Assembly (NCBI RefSeq): GCF_009914755.1
Contig: NC_060926.1
DNA from: the human T2T-CHM13v2.0 reference genome, Homo sapiens
DNA: 64,000 bases
Reading direction: 5' to 3' (one strand)
The notes beneath the pieces were generated by a model. It was not told where the DNA came from. It did not search any database and saw nothing but the letters and a program-made list of their open reading frames with translations. Positions 1-25,164 of this stretch are shown here, in pieces (position 1 is the stretch's first letter; every line of letters begins with the position of its first letter). The position numbers were made by a program, and so were the translations under genes.

Positions 1-754
1 TTCCTACCTCAAACCCTGCATCAGCCATTTCTCAAGGAAGCTGCAGTTCCTTTTAGGGGGAATTGGTATTTAGAGACCACAAATCTGAGTGCTAGGGGTG
101 CTCATTGCTACTAGGTTGGTTACTGACTGGGGCCTGGATTTCTGGTCATTTATAAGGAGAGCATCCACAGCTGCTTGGACTGCTAGAATCTTTAGCAGAT
201 TCCCAGGTAGTGAAAAACTGGATTCATCTTCTGTTGGAAAAATGTTAACTGTCAGAGCTCAGTTTAAACCATGGGACAGGATAAAAGGCCAGGGCAATGC
301 TCCTCATGCAATGCAGGGCATTAAAGCCTGGAACGGCTGGGAAACATCCTAACTTTCTCAGCAGTTTTCAACAACCTACTATACAACAAGTAAGAGGATG
401 GCAACAAGAAAGACCTCAAAAGAAAGAAACAACTTGCATTTAGGGATACCCTATGGGCAGAGAACACAGACTTACTAACTTGGGTATTCTCACTAAAGAC
501 CTAGGGCAAAAAACTTAGACTAAACAAAAAATTATTCTCCCCTGCCATTTCTGACAGTTGGGGACTTTCCATTAAAAAGTACGTCAGGAGGTTAACCCAG
601 AAACCTGTAAGCTCAAAGGAAAATGTGTAGTCATATAATGAGATTATATAGCAAAGATCTCCAGCCTATGCCTCCTATCCCCCTGCCGAGACTAAATTTT
701 TCCCACAGGTCTGGCCTGCTCGGTACTTAGAACCTAATTGCCAAAACTAATCTC

Positions 755-960
755 TCTGCATGACAGAAAGCAGATCAATGGTTGCCTGGAATCCAAGAAG
801 GGGAGGAATACTGCAAAGGGGGATAATAAGGCTTTTGGCAGGTGATGGAAACATTCATATCTTAATTGTGATGGTGACTACATAGGTGTAAATATTTGTC
901 AAAACTCTTCAAACTGTATTCTTCTGTTGTATGGAAAGCACACCTCAGTAAAGTTGATTT
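755..960 (+). mobile_element. Old L1M (L1MC/ME-like) 3' end fragment
   Basis: gacagaaagcagatcaatggttgcctgg...ggtgatggaaacattc..tatcttaattgtgatggtg..tttgtcaaaactc, typical of the L1M 3' UTR. Confidence 0.65.
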
Positions 961-1025
961 TAAAAAAATCAGATGCCAGAGTTTTAAAGATCAGCAGATT
1001 GCATTTTAAAAATCCAGATTATCCA

Positions 1026-1399
<374 letters not shown>

Positions 1400-2293
1400 T
1401 CACTAGCTGTCGGCTTTTTCAGATGGGTATCTGCCTTTCTATTTTGCCACAAGAAACTTCTATTCCAAACTAGCTTTATCCAGAACAAATTATATTAATC
1501 AAAAGAAACAGAAGTTCAGTTCCTTTTCTCTTCCCAAAAGATGTTATGATTGGGGTTCAAGCAAAGAGAGTAAGTGTATAAACGAGAAGCTACGAATCAG
1601 GCATAAGTAGAAAAAGAAACAAGAGGAGATGGAAAAGTAAAAGAACCAGGTGCTGTTAATGTCACATAAGTCAAGAAGGCAAGAGTTTCAGGGTAATGGG
1701 TTAAATGAGCTGAGGAGGACAAAGGGTGAGAACGAGAATAGAGTACTGAATATGGCAAGGAAACAGAATGACCTTTCATGAGAATGGTGTTAGTGTACTA
1801 GCAAGATAGAGCACAGGTCTGAGTCAGCATGTTAAGGAGGTGGACAGCTAGGAAACAAAAGGATCTGTACACACAACACATTCAAAAGTCTCAGCAAAAG
1901 GAGAGTCTGGGGTCAGAAGAGGGACGGCAAAGTCAAGGAAAAGCTTTGTTAAGGAAGGGGAACGGGGAACATTAGTGGTTGGAAGGAGAGGAGCCTGACA
2001 GCAGAAATCAGAAAGCAAGGAACTCACGATACAGGCTAGAAGAGCCAGCTTAATGAAGGGACAAACACTGCTTTCTATTAGCACCAACCATCTTCTAGTG
2101 ACAACTGTACTAGGAAAGCCTGGCGTGGGTTTTTAAGGAATGTGGATATAAGAATGCAGAAGGAGAAGCAGTCTTGAGGCACCTCCTTCCAGAGCACCGC
2201 TCCTCTGGCTCTCCCCTGTGAGAGGCCTCAATGAAGTGTGGGTATTGAGAAGAGGCCTCAGTCAGGGCAAACCAAGAGTGCGCGTGGCAGTAC

Positions 2294-2408
2294 CTGAGAG
2301 ATCCCCAGTGATGGAGGAGGTGCCGAAGTAGTAGCCGCGGGGCAGGCGGACTCCGGGCACTTCAATGCAGTCCCTCCACTCATGCTTGCCATCAATATCC
2401 ATCATTAT
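2294..2408 (-). CDS. LMAN2L: LMAN2L coding exon 6 (gene continues beyond left edge)
   Basis: ttctag| ... |gtactg; 115 nt; IMMDIDGKHEWRDCIEVPGVRLPRGYYFGTSSITGDLS. Confidence 0.96.
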
Positions 2409-2501
2409 CTAGAATAAAAAGAGAGATAAATCAGGGTCAGGCCATGGGAGCAAGAGCGACACAGCCCACACCACCATCTGGTCCAGGACAAGGACTCTCA
2501 C

Positions 2502-2663
2502 CGTCAAATGCCTCTTGACGTAGCGAATCACCAGGAAGGTGTCGTAATGAAGATTGCGGACAATGGCTGTGCAGCCTCCCAGCTCTGTAGGCCGCCCATC
2601 CCGCTCATGATCATAGCTGAGGGAGCCGTTGTTCACCATGGCTGAGATGTAGGGGAATACCCG
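2502..2663 (-). CDS. LMAN2L: LMAN2L coding exon 5
   Basis: tttccag| ... |gtgaga; 162 nt; RVFPYISAMVNNGSLSYDHERDGRPTELGGCTAIVRNLHYDTFLVIRYVKRHLT. Confidence 0.97.
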
Positions 2664-3744
2664 CTGGAAAGCAGAGAGGGGGAAGCAGACACTAAGGAAG
2701 AGCACATAGGAACGCCTGTACAAACAGCAACAGGAATTCAGCACATACAAGTTGAGCCCCTTACAGCAGAATAGGCAGCCACTCGACCTCATTGTCAGCA
2801 GCCCCTGAGAGCCCACATTCAGATGGTCTCTCAAGGGAAATGGGCCCAGGAAGCGACTACACTTGGTATTTGCCTTCAGTAATTCTCTTGGCTCCTGAAC
2901 TGGGGTGGGCCTGAAGTGGTCCTCCTAAGACGCTGGAGTCTGACTTGAATGCCCCAAGGTCACCATTTGGCACTTATGTGCCGCCTAATACCAGGGGTTT
3001 CCTTTTCGTGTATATGTACCTATCTCCCCAACTGCCACATAAGCTTCTTGAAGAAAAAATTCATTCATCACGTCTTCATATGTCTAAACTTCAGCCCCAT
3101 CTCCTCCCAACCATGGTTCTGCACACAGCGGGTATTCTGAAAATACCTGTTTGAGCAGGGGAATCTTTCCATTCAGGATAGCTCTTTTCAATTCTAAAAT
3201 TCTATAAGCATATAAGGCTAAATGGATTAGAACTCAGAACATGGAACGGGGTTGCTGGATGGGCTCAGCCAGCCACAATGACTGTCCTTAGTCAAAAGAC
3301 TTTCCAGCCCACTTAAGCCTCCTCCACACGTAACTTCTCCGAATAATAATAAGAGGGCAAGGTTCTCCCTTAACAGGGAGAAAATTGCAAGTTTTCCCAT
3401 AAGCCACTCATTTTCCCATCTATTTCAGGGGCCCTCTCTCCCCAGTAGAGTTGTAGGAGCAATTCTTCCTTAGAAATGGCGAACTAATCATTCCAGAACA
3501 AGCCCAATGCCAAGGCAGTGCAAAAAGGCAGGGTAGTGAGGTGGTGAAGGGGTAACATGAGGCATGCCACTCCTTTGGGGAGTATTTGTCCCTTTGTCCC
3601 AAATGGTTAACATGCAAGATGGAGATGCAGTCGAGACCAGAGACCGGGGACTCCTGAGACAACCACATGGACTTGAAACAGCAACAAATGTTGGATGGAC
3701 ACATGGGAATGAGGGATGCTCATGATGAGCCAAGAACTGAGTAC

Positions 3745-3777
3745 CTGGACTCCTGGAGAATATCGCCTCTTCTGGGC
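3745..3777 (-). CDS. LMAN2L: LMAN2L 33-nt in-frame alternative cassette exon (AQKRRYSPGVQ)
   Basis: ctctcag|GCCCAGAAGAGGCGATATTCTCCAGGAGTCCAG|gtactc; phase 0/0, matching the exon 4/5 junction; agrees with my recollection of an 11-aa-longer isoform. Confidence 0.8.
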
Positions 3778-4619
3778 CTGAGAGGGTCCAGCAGGTTATG
3801 ATAAAAACAAGAGAGGGCACAGAAGACAGGAGACCAAGTCAGAAAGACACAGCCACAGAAGAGCTATGACCCAGCTGTGATGGATGAACAAACCAACTTA
3901 AATCCCCAAACAGAATTTTAGGGTCCCTGAAGGGCATCCGTGAAGTCTTTGCACCCTCAAGATGATAGGCAAAACCATATGCACGGGTGCTTGTACATTT
4001 TTCTGAGGAGAGGGTCTGTTACTATATCAGATTCTCAAAGGGGTCCCCTAGGAAGACCGCTCTAACCCATAGAGGGTCCTGAAGCTTTTGGAAGGCACTT
4101 TATAAAACACATAGCAGTACGCTGTCCAGGCACGCCGCACTTATGTCTCTGGGAGTCAGTCTCAAGTTTGTCTGTACCCAGCCTACTGTATTTCTATAGC
4201 AAGGGGAAAGAGGAGACAACAGGGCTAAATTCTTCCAAATTCAAGACATCCTTTACTATCCAGGATCTCAGGAAACAGCTCCTGCCCAGAAGACCAAAAT
4301 CTTGCCACTTGAGAGACTATGAAACTAACTCTAATCCAAAGGGATCACTTACCCTCTAACTGAGCCTTATGGTCATATATTCCCAAATAACTATTGTCAT
4401 TCTAACCTACCACACATAGGCAAGGAAGAAGCTCCATGGAGGCATTGCAGAATGACAGATTTAGAAAATCATCAGGCGTGAGGGTATTAAGCTCTGCTCC
4501 AGCAAACAGCTGCAGTTCTAAGCCATTAGCGACAAGAGGTACCTACACAAGCTCAGCTCAGCTCTGCCCTGTGGGACAGGTAGGCGAGGGTACAGAACTC
4601 AAACCCTTCACTCCTTTAA

Positions 4620-4960
4620 TACGGTGAACACCTACTACAAGCCAGGTACTGTTCCAGATGCTGAGGGTCCAAAGAGAAACAAGACAGACAGGAATGGAAT
4701 TAAGATCAGAGTGGAAGAAACAAACAACAAAGAAGCAAATAAAATTATTTCAGATAGTGAAAAATGCTATAAGGAAAATAAAATAGGTAATACAAGGGAT
4801 GGGCAAGGGAACCTCTCCCTGAGGAGGCAATATCTGAGCTGAGACTCAAGTAATTAGAGGGAGTCCACCAAAAGATCTGAGGGCACAAGAAGCATGAGGG
4901 TGGCACATTCAAGGAACTGGAAACAGATCAGTCAGAATCACAGCTTGTGAGAAGAGGCTG
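4620..4960 (-). mobile_element. L2 3' fragment
   Basis: cacctactacaagccaggtactgttccagatgctg...acctctccctgaggagg..tctgagctgagactc; reverse complement of the L2 3' end. Confidence 0.6.
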
Positions 4961-5495
4961 CCATGAGGCAAGGCAGCACCCACGGCACTGGGCTCCATGG
5001 GCCACAGCCAGGAGTCCGAGGCTGCAGTGCAGATCCCCTGCCGTCCTCCTCTTAACACCACTGGCAGAATTCATACAGGACACAGAAAGGCATGACATCA
5101 ATCCGTGGATGATTAAACTGGCATGAAGTTAATCTTCAACAACTACCATTTAGAACAAGGAAATGGTGAGCATGTTATCAAGCAGTTTACAGAAACTGGC
5201 ATCTGAGAGTATGCTCATAATTTCAGTGACAATTAAGAAAAAGGGATTAAAAATGCCCTGTGGAGCTCTGATGAGCCCAAGGCTTCCTTCACTCATCACC
5301 TCTAGTAACCCTGATTAGAAGTTTAAGTTGCAACTTTAAAGAGATAGCAATCTCCTATGTTAGCTTGCTTAGAAAATAAACAAATAATAAAGAGACAGCA
5401 ATCCTTAGCCTAAGGGTGCCTTACTCTTCCCAAGGCTGGTGTGGACCCAGTTCCAGGTAACAGCCAGAGGCATGCTGGACCTTGGGAGCACCTGA

Positions 5496-5875
<380 letters not shown>

Positions 5876-6449
5876 GGATTATGTATTTTTAAAAAGCACC
5901 ACAGAAGGCTGTGATGTGCAGCCAAATTGAAGAAACGCTGCACCAGACAGGGAGCCTCACAGCTTTGCAACTACAGAGAATCTGTCTACTTCGGCAACAC
6001 GAGTTGGCCTTCAACTTTTAACCTCACATTAGTGTAAGTCACTAAATGCCATCTTATTTTCTACGCCTAGTCAAGAGTTCCTGGAAGTATTTCTTGGATA
6101 ACCACTAATTTCACACAGGAGCAATTTTGTTTTTCCCCTAGAAAGCACTCTGTAAGTTAGAACCAAAGATTGAAGAATCACACTGGTTCAGGCAAGGTGG
6201 TAGTTTTATTCCTAATTTAAGAGTCACCAGAAAGGAGAAACTCTCACCTGTTTTATCATCCAAAGGACTGTTGTTTAAAGGGTGGAGAAATGTTTTCAAC
6301 TTTTTGTACTACAAGACTACTTTTAAAAAAGTGTTTTTTGAAGACCTCTACGGGATAACTGTATCTTCAGCATATTTCGATGGAAAAGACACCCATTAGC
6401 TTGTGGATTTATGGATTCTAGGCTAAAATTCCAAATGGCCTCTGTAATT

Positions 6450-6645
6450 AGGGAGACCTGAGTTCTAACTGCAGTTATGTCACTTATAGCTGTGTAACCC
6501 TTCGGTGGATTACATCACCTCTTTGAGATTCTATTTCCTCACTGTAAACAGAACAATACAAAGCTCACAGGGTTCATTATGAAGATGAAATGAGATATGC
6601 GAAGCATTTAGTACAATGTCTTGGTGTTCAGGAGGGAGTCAATAA
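6450..6645 (+). mobile_element. MIR
   Basis: agacctgagttc...tttcctcactgtaa...tgaagatgaaatgagat...gcatttagtacaatgtcttgg MIR core. Confidence 0.65.
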
Positions 6646-7224
6646 ACATTCAATCAGTGACTAGTGTATTTCTAGATACAAATATCGTTCACAGGTACTC
6701 ATATATATATAAACACAAAGCCAAACATACATCTTCTAAAGCACGAATTCCCAGACCACTGGCTGTGATCAACCATTAATATTTCCAAAAATATTTTGGA
6801 GAGTATTAGATTTGGCTTCTTTTTATTGCCTACTAAAAATATTAAAATACAATAATGACAGAACAATCATCTATAATAAACATCATTTTACAAAGGGACA
6901 CTTTAACACCAAAAGATGAGAGAGAACAATGTAATTTCATAATGAAACAACTGAATACATTTAGCACTTAAGAAAAAGAACTTCATTATTATGATTCTTG
7001 CACCAGTGAAAACTCTGTTACCACACAACTGGAGTTCATACACTGGCATCTAGGAGCCACTCTTTTAGAGCAGTGTTTCCATCTCAAACCATACCATTGT
7101 CTAGTAAGCTGACCATTTGCTTTTGGGAACCCAGATGTGAAGAAGTGAAGGAGGGGAGAGGAAGAGAGAACAGAACTAAGATGTTTGCAAAATGTCCCTT
7201 AGGAATCCACTGAATGGTGTGAAT

Positions 7225-7430
7225 AATAGCTGGTGTTTATTGAGCACTTAGTCTGTGCCAGGCACTGAACTCAGTAATGAGCCCTTCTGCATTTAATTCT
7301 CACAATCCTATGAGGTAGTATCAGTACTCCTCATTTCACAGGTAAAAAACTTGTCCAGGATAACACAGGCATTAAGTAGTGAAATCAGGATTTGAAACCA
7401 AGTATTCTGGCTCCAGAGCCCTGACTCAAT
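7225..7430 (-). mobile_element. MIR
   Basis: tttattgagcactta..tgtgccaggcact...ttctcacaatcctatgaggtag...ggatttgaaaccaagtattctggctccagagcc. Confidence 0.7.
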
Positions 7431-7895
7431 CACTGGGATACACTGCTTTCAATATCTCTCAATATGGAAAAATGTTTCATATGTATTATTTTTTTAAAAT
7501 CAGGTCTAAACAGTATGTACTCTGAAGCACAAAGAGAACGCTGAGAATAGTTCCAGATTAAAGGAGAGTAACAACTGAATACAACACAGGATCTGGGACT
7601 TTCTTTCATTATAAAGGACATATTGGGACAATAGGTGAAATATGAATAAGGCCTGCAGATTAGATAATGGTATTGTTACAAATGTTAACTTCCTGATTTT
7701 GATCACTGTGCTGTGGCTACATAAAATAACTTTTTTTTTTAAACACACACACACACACAAGTATTTAGGATTAAGGAGACATCATGAGAGCAATTTACTC
7801 TTAGTTCAGAAAAAAAGACACACAAGCACAAACATACACGCAAGACACATACACACAGACACACACACACAAAGAAAGAGGTTAAAGAAAAGGAT

Positions 7896-8906
<1,011 letters not shown>

Positions 8907-10102
8907 TAACTTAATCATAAGCACAAAATTATTATCAAATAAAGATTAATCTGAATCTAGTATTTACCATACAATTTTTCTGCTTTTCTCAATTTTTCTA
9001 TATATCTGCAATTTTTTAAACATTTAAAAAGGTTTTAAAAACAGTATTTACAACATGATACAATGTCTTTGTTTTTAAAGATGTTTGTACGCTTTTGTTT
9101 TTTCAGCATTTTCTAATTCTCCTGTAATGTATATAAAAATAATTAACAAAACAAATGCCTTCTACTAGATGCTACTAAATGTGAAGCATCTCCCACCACA
9201 CCTCCATTTCATCCTCCCTGGGATCACTAGCGGAACACACTGTCACTTACACACGTAGACCTGTCACTTTTTCAAAGCTGTATAAGCTGCTGGTCCTACA
9301 ATAATCTTCATCTAGCCCTTTATGCAGAAATCCAGACAAAGAGGAGACAATACCCATCCTATTTAAAGTGAAAAGAAGATCAGTGAGATTCGTTACACAT
9401 TACTAGGCAGCCTGAGAAGGCCCTTGCTCTGTAAGCCCCCAGACTCCCACAAAGCTATGCTAGGGACTCTGTCCCCAGGACTCACAGCTTCTCAACTGGA
9501 GGACACAGAAAAGTGGCACTTCCAGGTCTGGAAACCTTCATATAATTGAATATCATCACGCTCTCTTAAGAAACTCACGGAATGATCTCAATCTCATTTA
9601 TCTTAGTCCTCAAATCAAGTAATTTGAGGACTTCAATAAAGAGTACTCCAAAATCAGGAGACTAAATTTGAGGTGTGCCCCAAGCACTGACCTTTATAAC
9701 CTACCCACCCAGATTACAAGTACCAAGTTTCAGAATAGAGCCCATTATGTATGTCTTTATTTCACTGCTGACCATCATTCTGATAGTATGTCAATACTTC
9801 TTGTTAATGAGAAGAGCCATCAATTCTATAGAACAGGAGATCTTCAGATCTCCTAAAATCATGTCAACTCTTCTGTGTACATGCCTCTTTCTTGGGTCCA
9901 ACACTTTAATCAGAGTCTCGAAAGGGTCAAAGCCCAAAGAAAAGAACTAACCCAGGAATAAGCATCCTCTGGAGCACTGGCCCTTGCTTTCTTCCTTTCT
10001 CCCTCTTTCACTGTCTCAGAAAAGAAACATGTTAAAATTCTCTCTGCCAACAGTAAAGAGACCACTTTGGGATCAGTGTCTTCATCAAGACAAAGACTTA
10101 AG

Positions 10103-10681
<579 letters not shown>

Positions 10682-11113
10682 GACTTGAGGAAATGTTTTT
10701 TTAACTGGATGGCATGGTATTGTTAAATTTTCTTCCAGTTCAAAGGAGGAAAAAACAATCATCACATCAAAAAAAAGTATGAGGAGTATCTCAAAGTATG
10801 GGGAATACCTCAAAAACAACTCCCAAGCTCTTCTCCCCACTCTCTAGCTATTTCTGCCTCCCCAGGGGTGAGGCCCAAACATCTCACAGAAAAGAATGAA
10901 GGCCAAGACCGCAACGGTTACACTCTGTGCTCTCATTCCAGGAAGGCCTCTTCTCATTCATTACGCTCTGATTTCAACGGAAGCACATTGTAGCTCCAAG
11001 ATTGCTACTGACTTCCCTGCAACTTTTCACCAACATCTGGGTAGGTTTGTGTGAGAAAGTGATGATCATCAGCTGATGACTTGATAGTGCAAGATAATCA
11101 GGTTATCTTTACC

Positions 11114-11620
<507 letters not shown>

Positions 11621-12482
11621 TCACAGTCCACACAATTCACTTAAAGTATATAATTCAATGGCATTTAGTATATTCAGAGTTAAGATTATGATTACCACAA
11701 CCAATTTTAAAACATTTTCATCACCCCAAAAAAAAATCTCATGCCCACTAGTAGTCACTCTCCTCATCTCCACCCCACATTACCCCAGCCCTAGACAACC
11801 ACTAATCTACTTTCTGTCTCTACAGATTTGCCTATTCTGGACATTTCATATGCATGGGATCATACAATGTGTGGGTCTTTTGTGACTGGCTTCTTCCACT
11901 TAGCATAGTGTTTTCATGGGTCATCCATGTTGGAGCACATATCGATACTTAATTTCTTTCAGTCTTTTTTTTTTTTTTTTTTTTTTTTGAGACAGGGTCT
12001 TGCTATGTCACCCAGGCTGGAGTGCAGTGGTGTGATCAAGGCTCATTGCAACCTCGAGGTCCTGGGCTCAAGTGATCCACTCACCTTGGTCTCCTAAAGT
12101 GCTAGAATTACAAGTGTAAGCCACTGTGCCTGGCAATTACTCCTACTTTGTTTTTTTTTTGAGACAGTCTTGCTCCATCGCCCAGGCTACAGTGCAGTGG
12201 CAATCATAGCTCACTACAGCCTTGACCTCCTGGACTCAAGCAATCCTCCTGCCTCAGCCTGCAAAGTAGCTGGGACCAGCTAATTTTTTTTGTTTTTTGT
12301 AAAGATGGGGTCTCCCTATGTTGCCCAAGCTGATCTAAAACTCCTAGACTCAAGCAATCCTTCCACCTTGGCCTCCCAAAGTGTTGGGATTATAGGCACG
12401 AGCCACCACACCCAGTGATACTTATTTTCATTGCTGATATTTCCATTATAACAATATATCACATTTTGTTTATCCTCTAATC

Positions 12483-13284
<802 letters not shown>

Positions 13285-13376
13285 CTCTAATCAGTTGATG
13301 GACATTTAAGTTGTATCCATTTCTTGGCTATTATGAATAATGCTGCTATGAACATTCATATAAAAGTTTTTGTGTA

Positions 13377-13686
<310 letters not shown>

Positions 13687-14445
13687 TCATTTCTCTTAGG
13701 TACACACCTATGAGTGGAATTGCTAGATCATGTAAAGTCTATGTTTAGTCATTTGAAGAAATGTCAAACTTTTCCAAAGCAACTACACCATTTTACATTC
13801 CCACCAGCAGTCTATGAGGGTTCCAATTACTCCATATCCTTGCCAACACTTCTAATCTTTTTTATTTTAGCCATTCTAGCGGGTGTAAAGTAGTGTCTTA
13901 TGGTTTTAATTTGCATGTCCCTGATGGCTGATGATGCTCAGCCTCTTTTCAAGCTTCTTGGCCACTTGTATATCTCTTCTAGAGAAATACCTATTAAGAT
14001 CTTTTGCCCATTTTCTAATTTGGTTGTCTTACTATTGAGTTGTAATAGTTCTTTACGTTTCAAACAAATCTCTAATAAGATATGATTTGCATATATCTTT
14101 TCCCATTCTGTAGGTTCTTTACATTTCCTTGATGATGTCCTATGAAACACGTAAGGTTTCAATTTTGATGAAGTTCAATTTATCCTTTTCTTTCGTTGCT
14201 TTTTCTTTTGGTGTCACATCTAACAACTGCCTGATCCAAAGTCAAGAAGAATCAATCCGATATTTTTTTTTTCTAAAAGTTTTATAGTTTTAATTTTTAC
14301 ATTTAGATCTTTCATCCATTTCGAGTTAAATTTTCTGTGTGGTGTGAAATAGGGAATAACTTCATTATTTTACACGTGGATAACTAGTTGTTGAAAAGAT
14401 GATTCTTTCCCCATTGAATTATCTTGTGGAAAATTAATTGATTAG

Positions 14446-14771
<326 letters not shown>

Positions 14772-15134
14772 TTAAATGTGACGTTTTATTTCCAGACTCT
14801 CAGTTCTATTCCATTGATCTGTATGTCTACCCAGATGCCAGTAGCACACTGTCTTTATTATTGTAGCTTTGTAGTAAGTTTTGAAATCAGGAAGTGTGAG
14901 CATTCCAACTTCACTGTTTGTCAAGATTATTTTGGTTATTCTGAGTCCCTTGAATTTCCATATGGATGTTAAGATCAGCTTGTGAATTTTTGCCAAGAAG
15001 CCAGCTAAGTTTTTGAGAGGTAGGGACTGCATAGAGCAATGTGGGGAGTACTGCTATCTTAACAATACCAAGTCTTCCAATCCATGCCATAGAACATCTT
15101 TCCATTTACATGGATCTTCTTTAATTTCCTCCAA

Positions 15135-20443
<5,309 letters not shown>

Positions 20444-20484
20444 TTAAATTTAGTTTTATAAGGATAAAAGGAACCCATGTTAGT

Positions 20485-20665
20485 CCAAGGGTTCTCAACC
20501 TCGGCTATACATGTGAATCTCCTGGAAAGCTTTAAAAGAGGAAGGCTGCCTAGACTGCACTTCAGACGAACTGAATCAGAAGCTCTGGGGTTGGGACTGG
20601 ATGTCAATATTTTTAAAAGTTCTCCAGGGAATTACAATGTGCACTTGGAAGTAAGAACCACAATA
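20485..20665. mobile_element. MER5-family DNA transposon
   Basis: ggttctcaacc...gaatctcctgg...actgaatcagaagctctgggg...agttctccagg...aagaacca. Confidence 0.7.
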
Positions 20666-21319
20666 GCTAGCCAGAAAAGATGTCTCAATTTTTACCATCT
20701 AAAATAAATTTTTTTTAATTAACATCTACAAAATCCTTACAAAATAAACCCAAGTCAGAATTTCTACTTTCTCAAACCAGAATTACTACTATCTCATGGT
20801 GAAATGGAAGCTAACAGAGTTTGAACAATTTGTTTCTGGAAGAAACAGAGAGACAAGTTTAAAACTCTTGTCAGGCCCTAAAGCTGATAACTCTTATTCA
20901 GATCCATTTCTAACTACCACTATTTCCTCAGCATGACTACAAATCCAGTCATGATCCTCTCTTCAATAAAATCCTTTAATGTACCTACCCCTTCAGAATC
21001 AAGTCCAGACTCCTCAACAGGAACACAATCCTTCAGAACTTGGCCCCAAGTGGTATATGGTGAGCATGAGTCACATACATTCAGTCTGCTCTGGCTCTCA
21101 TCTAAACAGTTCAGCCACCAACCACCCAAGCAGATGCCAGTCAGTCTCAGCGGCTAGTTAACATGCCGAGGCTACAGTGTTAATATTGTAGAATGCAAGG
21201 TGAACAGCAGCCCTAGGAACTGTGCAACATAACAAGACTACTGGCCCTGCTTTTCATTCTAGCCTCATCTGTCTCTGATTCTACTTTATTTCCACACACT
21301 CATTATCCCCTCTCTCTCT

Positions 21320-23685
<2,366 letters not shown>

Positions 23686-24156
23686 CAATTATAGCCTTTT
23701 CTATAGGCGAGGAGAACTGTTCTTCAGGTCTGAGAAGAAGAAGAAGAAAAAGAAGCTGAAAAGTGTGTGCAAGTTGCAGAAGAGAGCACAGCACTGATGG
23801 ATTAAAAGTCAGGGGAGGCTGAGTTACGTAAATTCAGCTTGCTCTGGTGCTGGTCTAGCAGCCAAATCACCAATCAACCAAACATGCTCAATTTTAGTGG
23901 CTATCTAATAGGCACAAGAGAGAACATGATTATCACTAAAGAAAAAGCCCCTGTTCAAGACAGCTATTCCCAAAAGACTGTGCACTCCTAAATAGTCCCT
24001 TTAGAAAAAAACACTGACAAGGACATTAACTTTCAAAGTTCAACAGATGAAGAACCCCTCACTTTCTATCTCCTTTGTTCCCTCCTGTACAACATTCCTG
24101 AGGCAAAGAACTGTGATGTCAGTGTAGCTGACCTAGGCTCTGACACTTGCCATTAC

Positions 24157-24239
24157 CTCTTGCTGCTTCTCCTCATTGGGGTAGGTGTCTACAAATACTC
24201 CCAGCCCCACAAATTTGTCCATGTTTCCAAACACAGGCC
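24157..24239 (-). CDS. LMAN2L: LMAN2L coding exon 4
   Basis: ctctag| ... |gtaatg; 83 nt; GPVFGNMDKFVGLGVFVDTYPNEEKQQE, containing the GPVFG and DTYxN sugar/Ca2+ motifs. Confidence 0.97.
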
Positions 24240-25046
24240 CTAGAGAGAGAGAACAGATGATGAACAATGAAATAAAGCTAAGAGTTGATAAAGGAATAAT
24301 ATATCACTATGATGGAGGAAAAAGTAAAATTCAAATGACTCCCAAGCCTCTCTCAAGATGAGAAAACACATGTTTAAAAGTACCCAGCAAAGTGCATGGC
24401 CTGTAACAAGTGCCCAGTAAATATCTGTAATTGTTTGTTGTTGGAGGCAAGGGAAAGAGAGAAGGCCACTGCAACCTTATTTAGCACTCAGGCAGCTTCC
24501 TGATCCAAACTGGTTGCTAAGGTGCCCCTACAGAATTCTGCTTTACAAACAATTGGTAAAGACTATGCCCCCAAGAGAGAACTGAATTCCCTAGTTCTCC
24601 TTCTTGTTGCAAAAGAGATCAGGTCAAATCAGGTTGAGCCTGCCATCTACATGGAGCAATAATAGCTCTAACACAAGGAAAATAGATAACTCTTCTCTTG
24701 ACTCAGCAGTGCTGAGATCATTCACTGTAAATGTTCAGAAGAAATCAGCTCACCCAATCGTCAGCGTTCAGGAGAGCCAGTGCTTTCATCCAGCCAACAG
24801 GCCAGGTAGTTTCACAAGGAAACTCAGAAAGAAGTAACAAGCAAGCAACTGCCTCAGGATGAGTCAAATTCAGCTGCTTATGAGGACTCAGACCCGTTCT
24901 AGAGACTAGAAGGGCCAGTGTTCATCCACATACATTAAGGGAGAGGGAAAACAGCTGGCACTGTGGGGAAGGAACCTTTTCAAAAAGAGGGCACATGAAA
25001 AATCAGGCTGTCACACCCACACAAGAGTAACACAGGCTCCCAATAC

Positions 25047-25164
25047 CTGGCTGCATCCGATCCTTTGTGTACCAGATTGCCAAGCCATCCCCATGCAGAT
25101 TCTTCTTTCCTTGTCCATGGATTTTGAAGTGCACCTGCAACTCCCAGTCTCTCAGGAAACATGG
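25047..25164 (-). CDS. LMAN2L: LMAN2L coding exon 3
   Basis: ctttag| ... |gtattg; 118 nt; PCFLRDWELQVHFKIHGQGKKNLHGDGLAIWYTKDRMQP with the L-lectin GDG(L/F)A motif. Confidence 0.97.
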
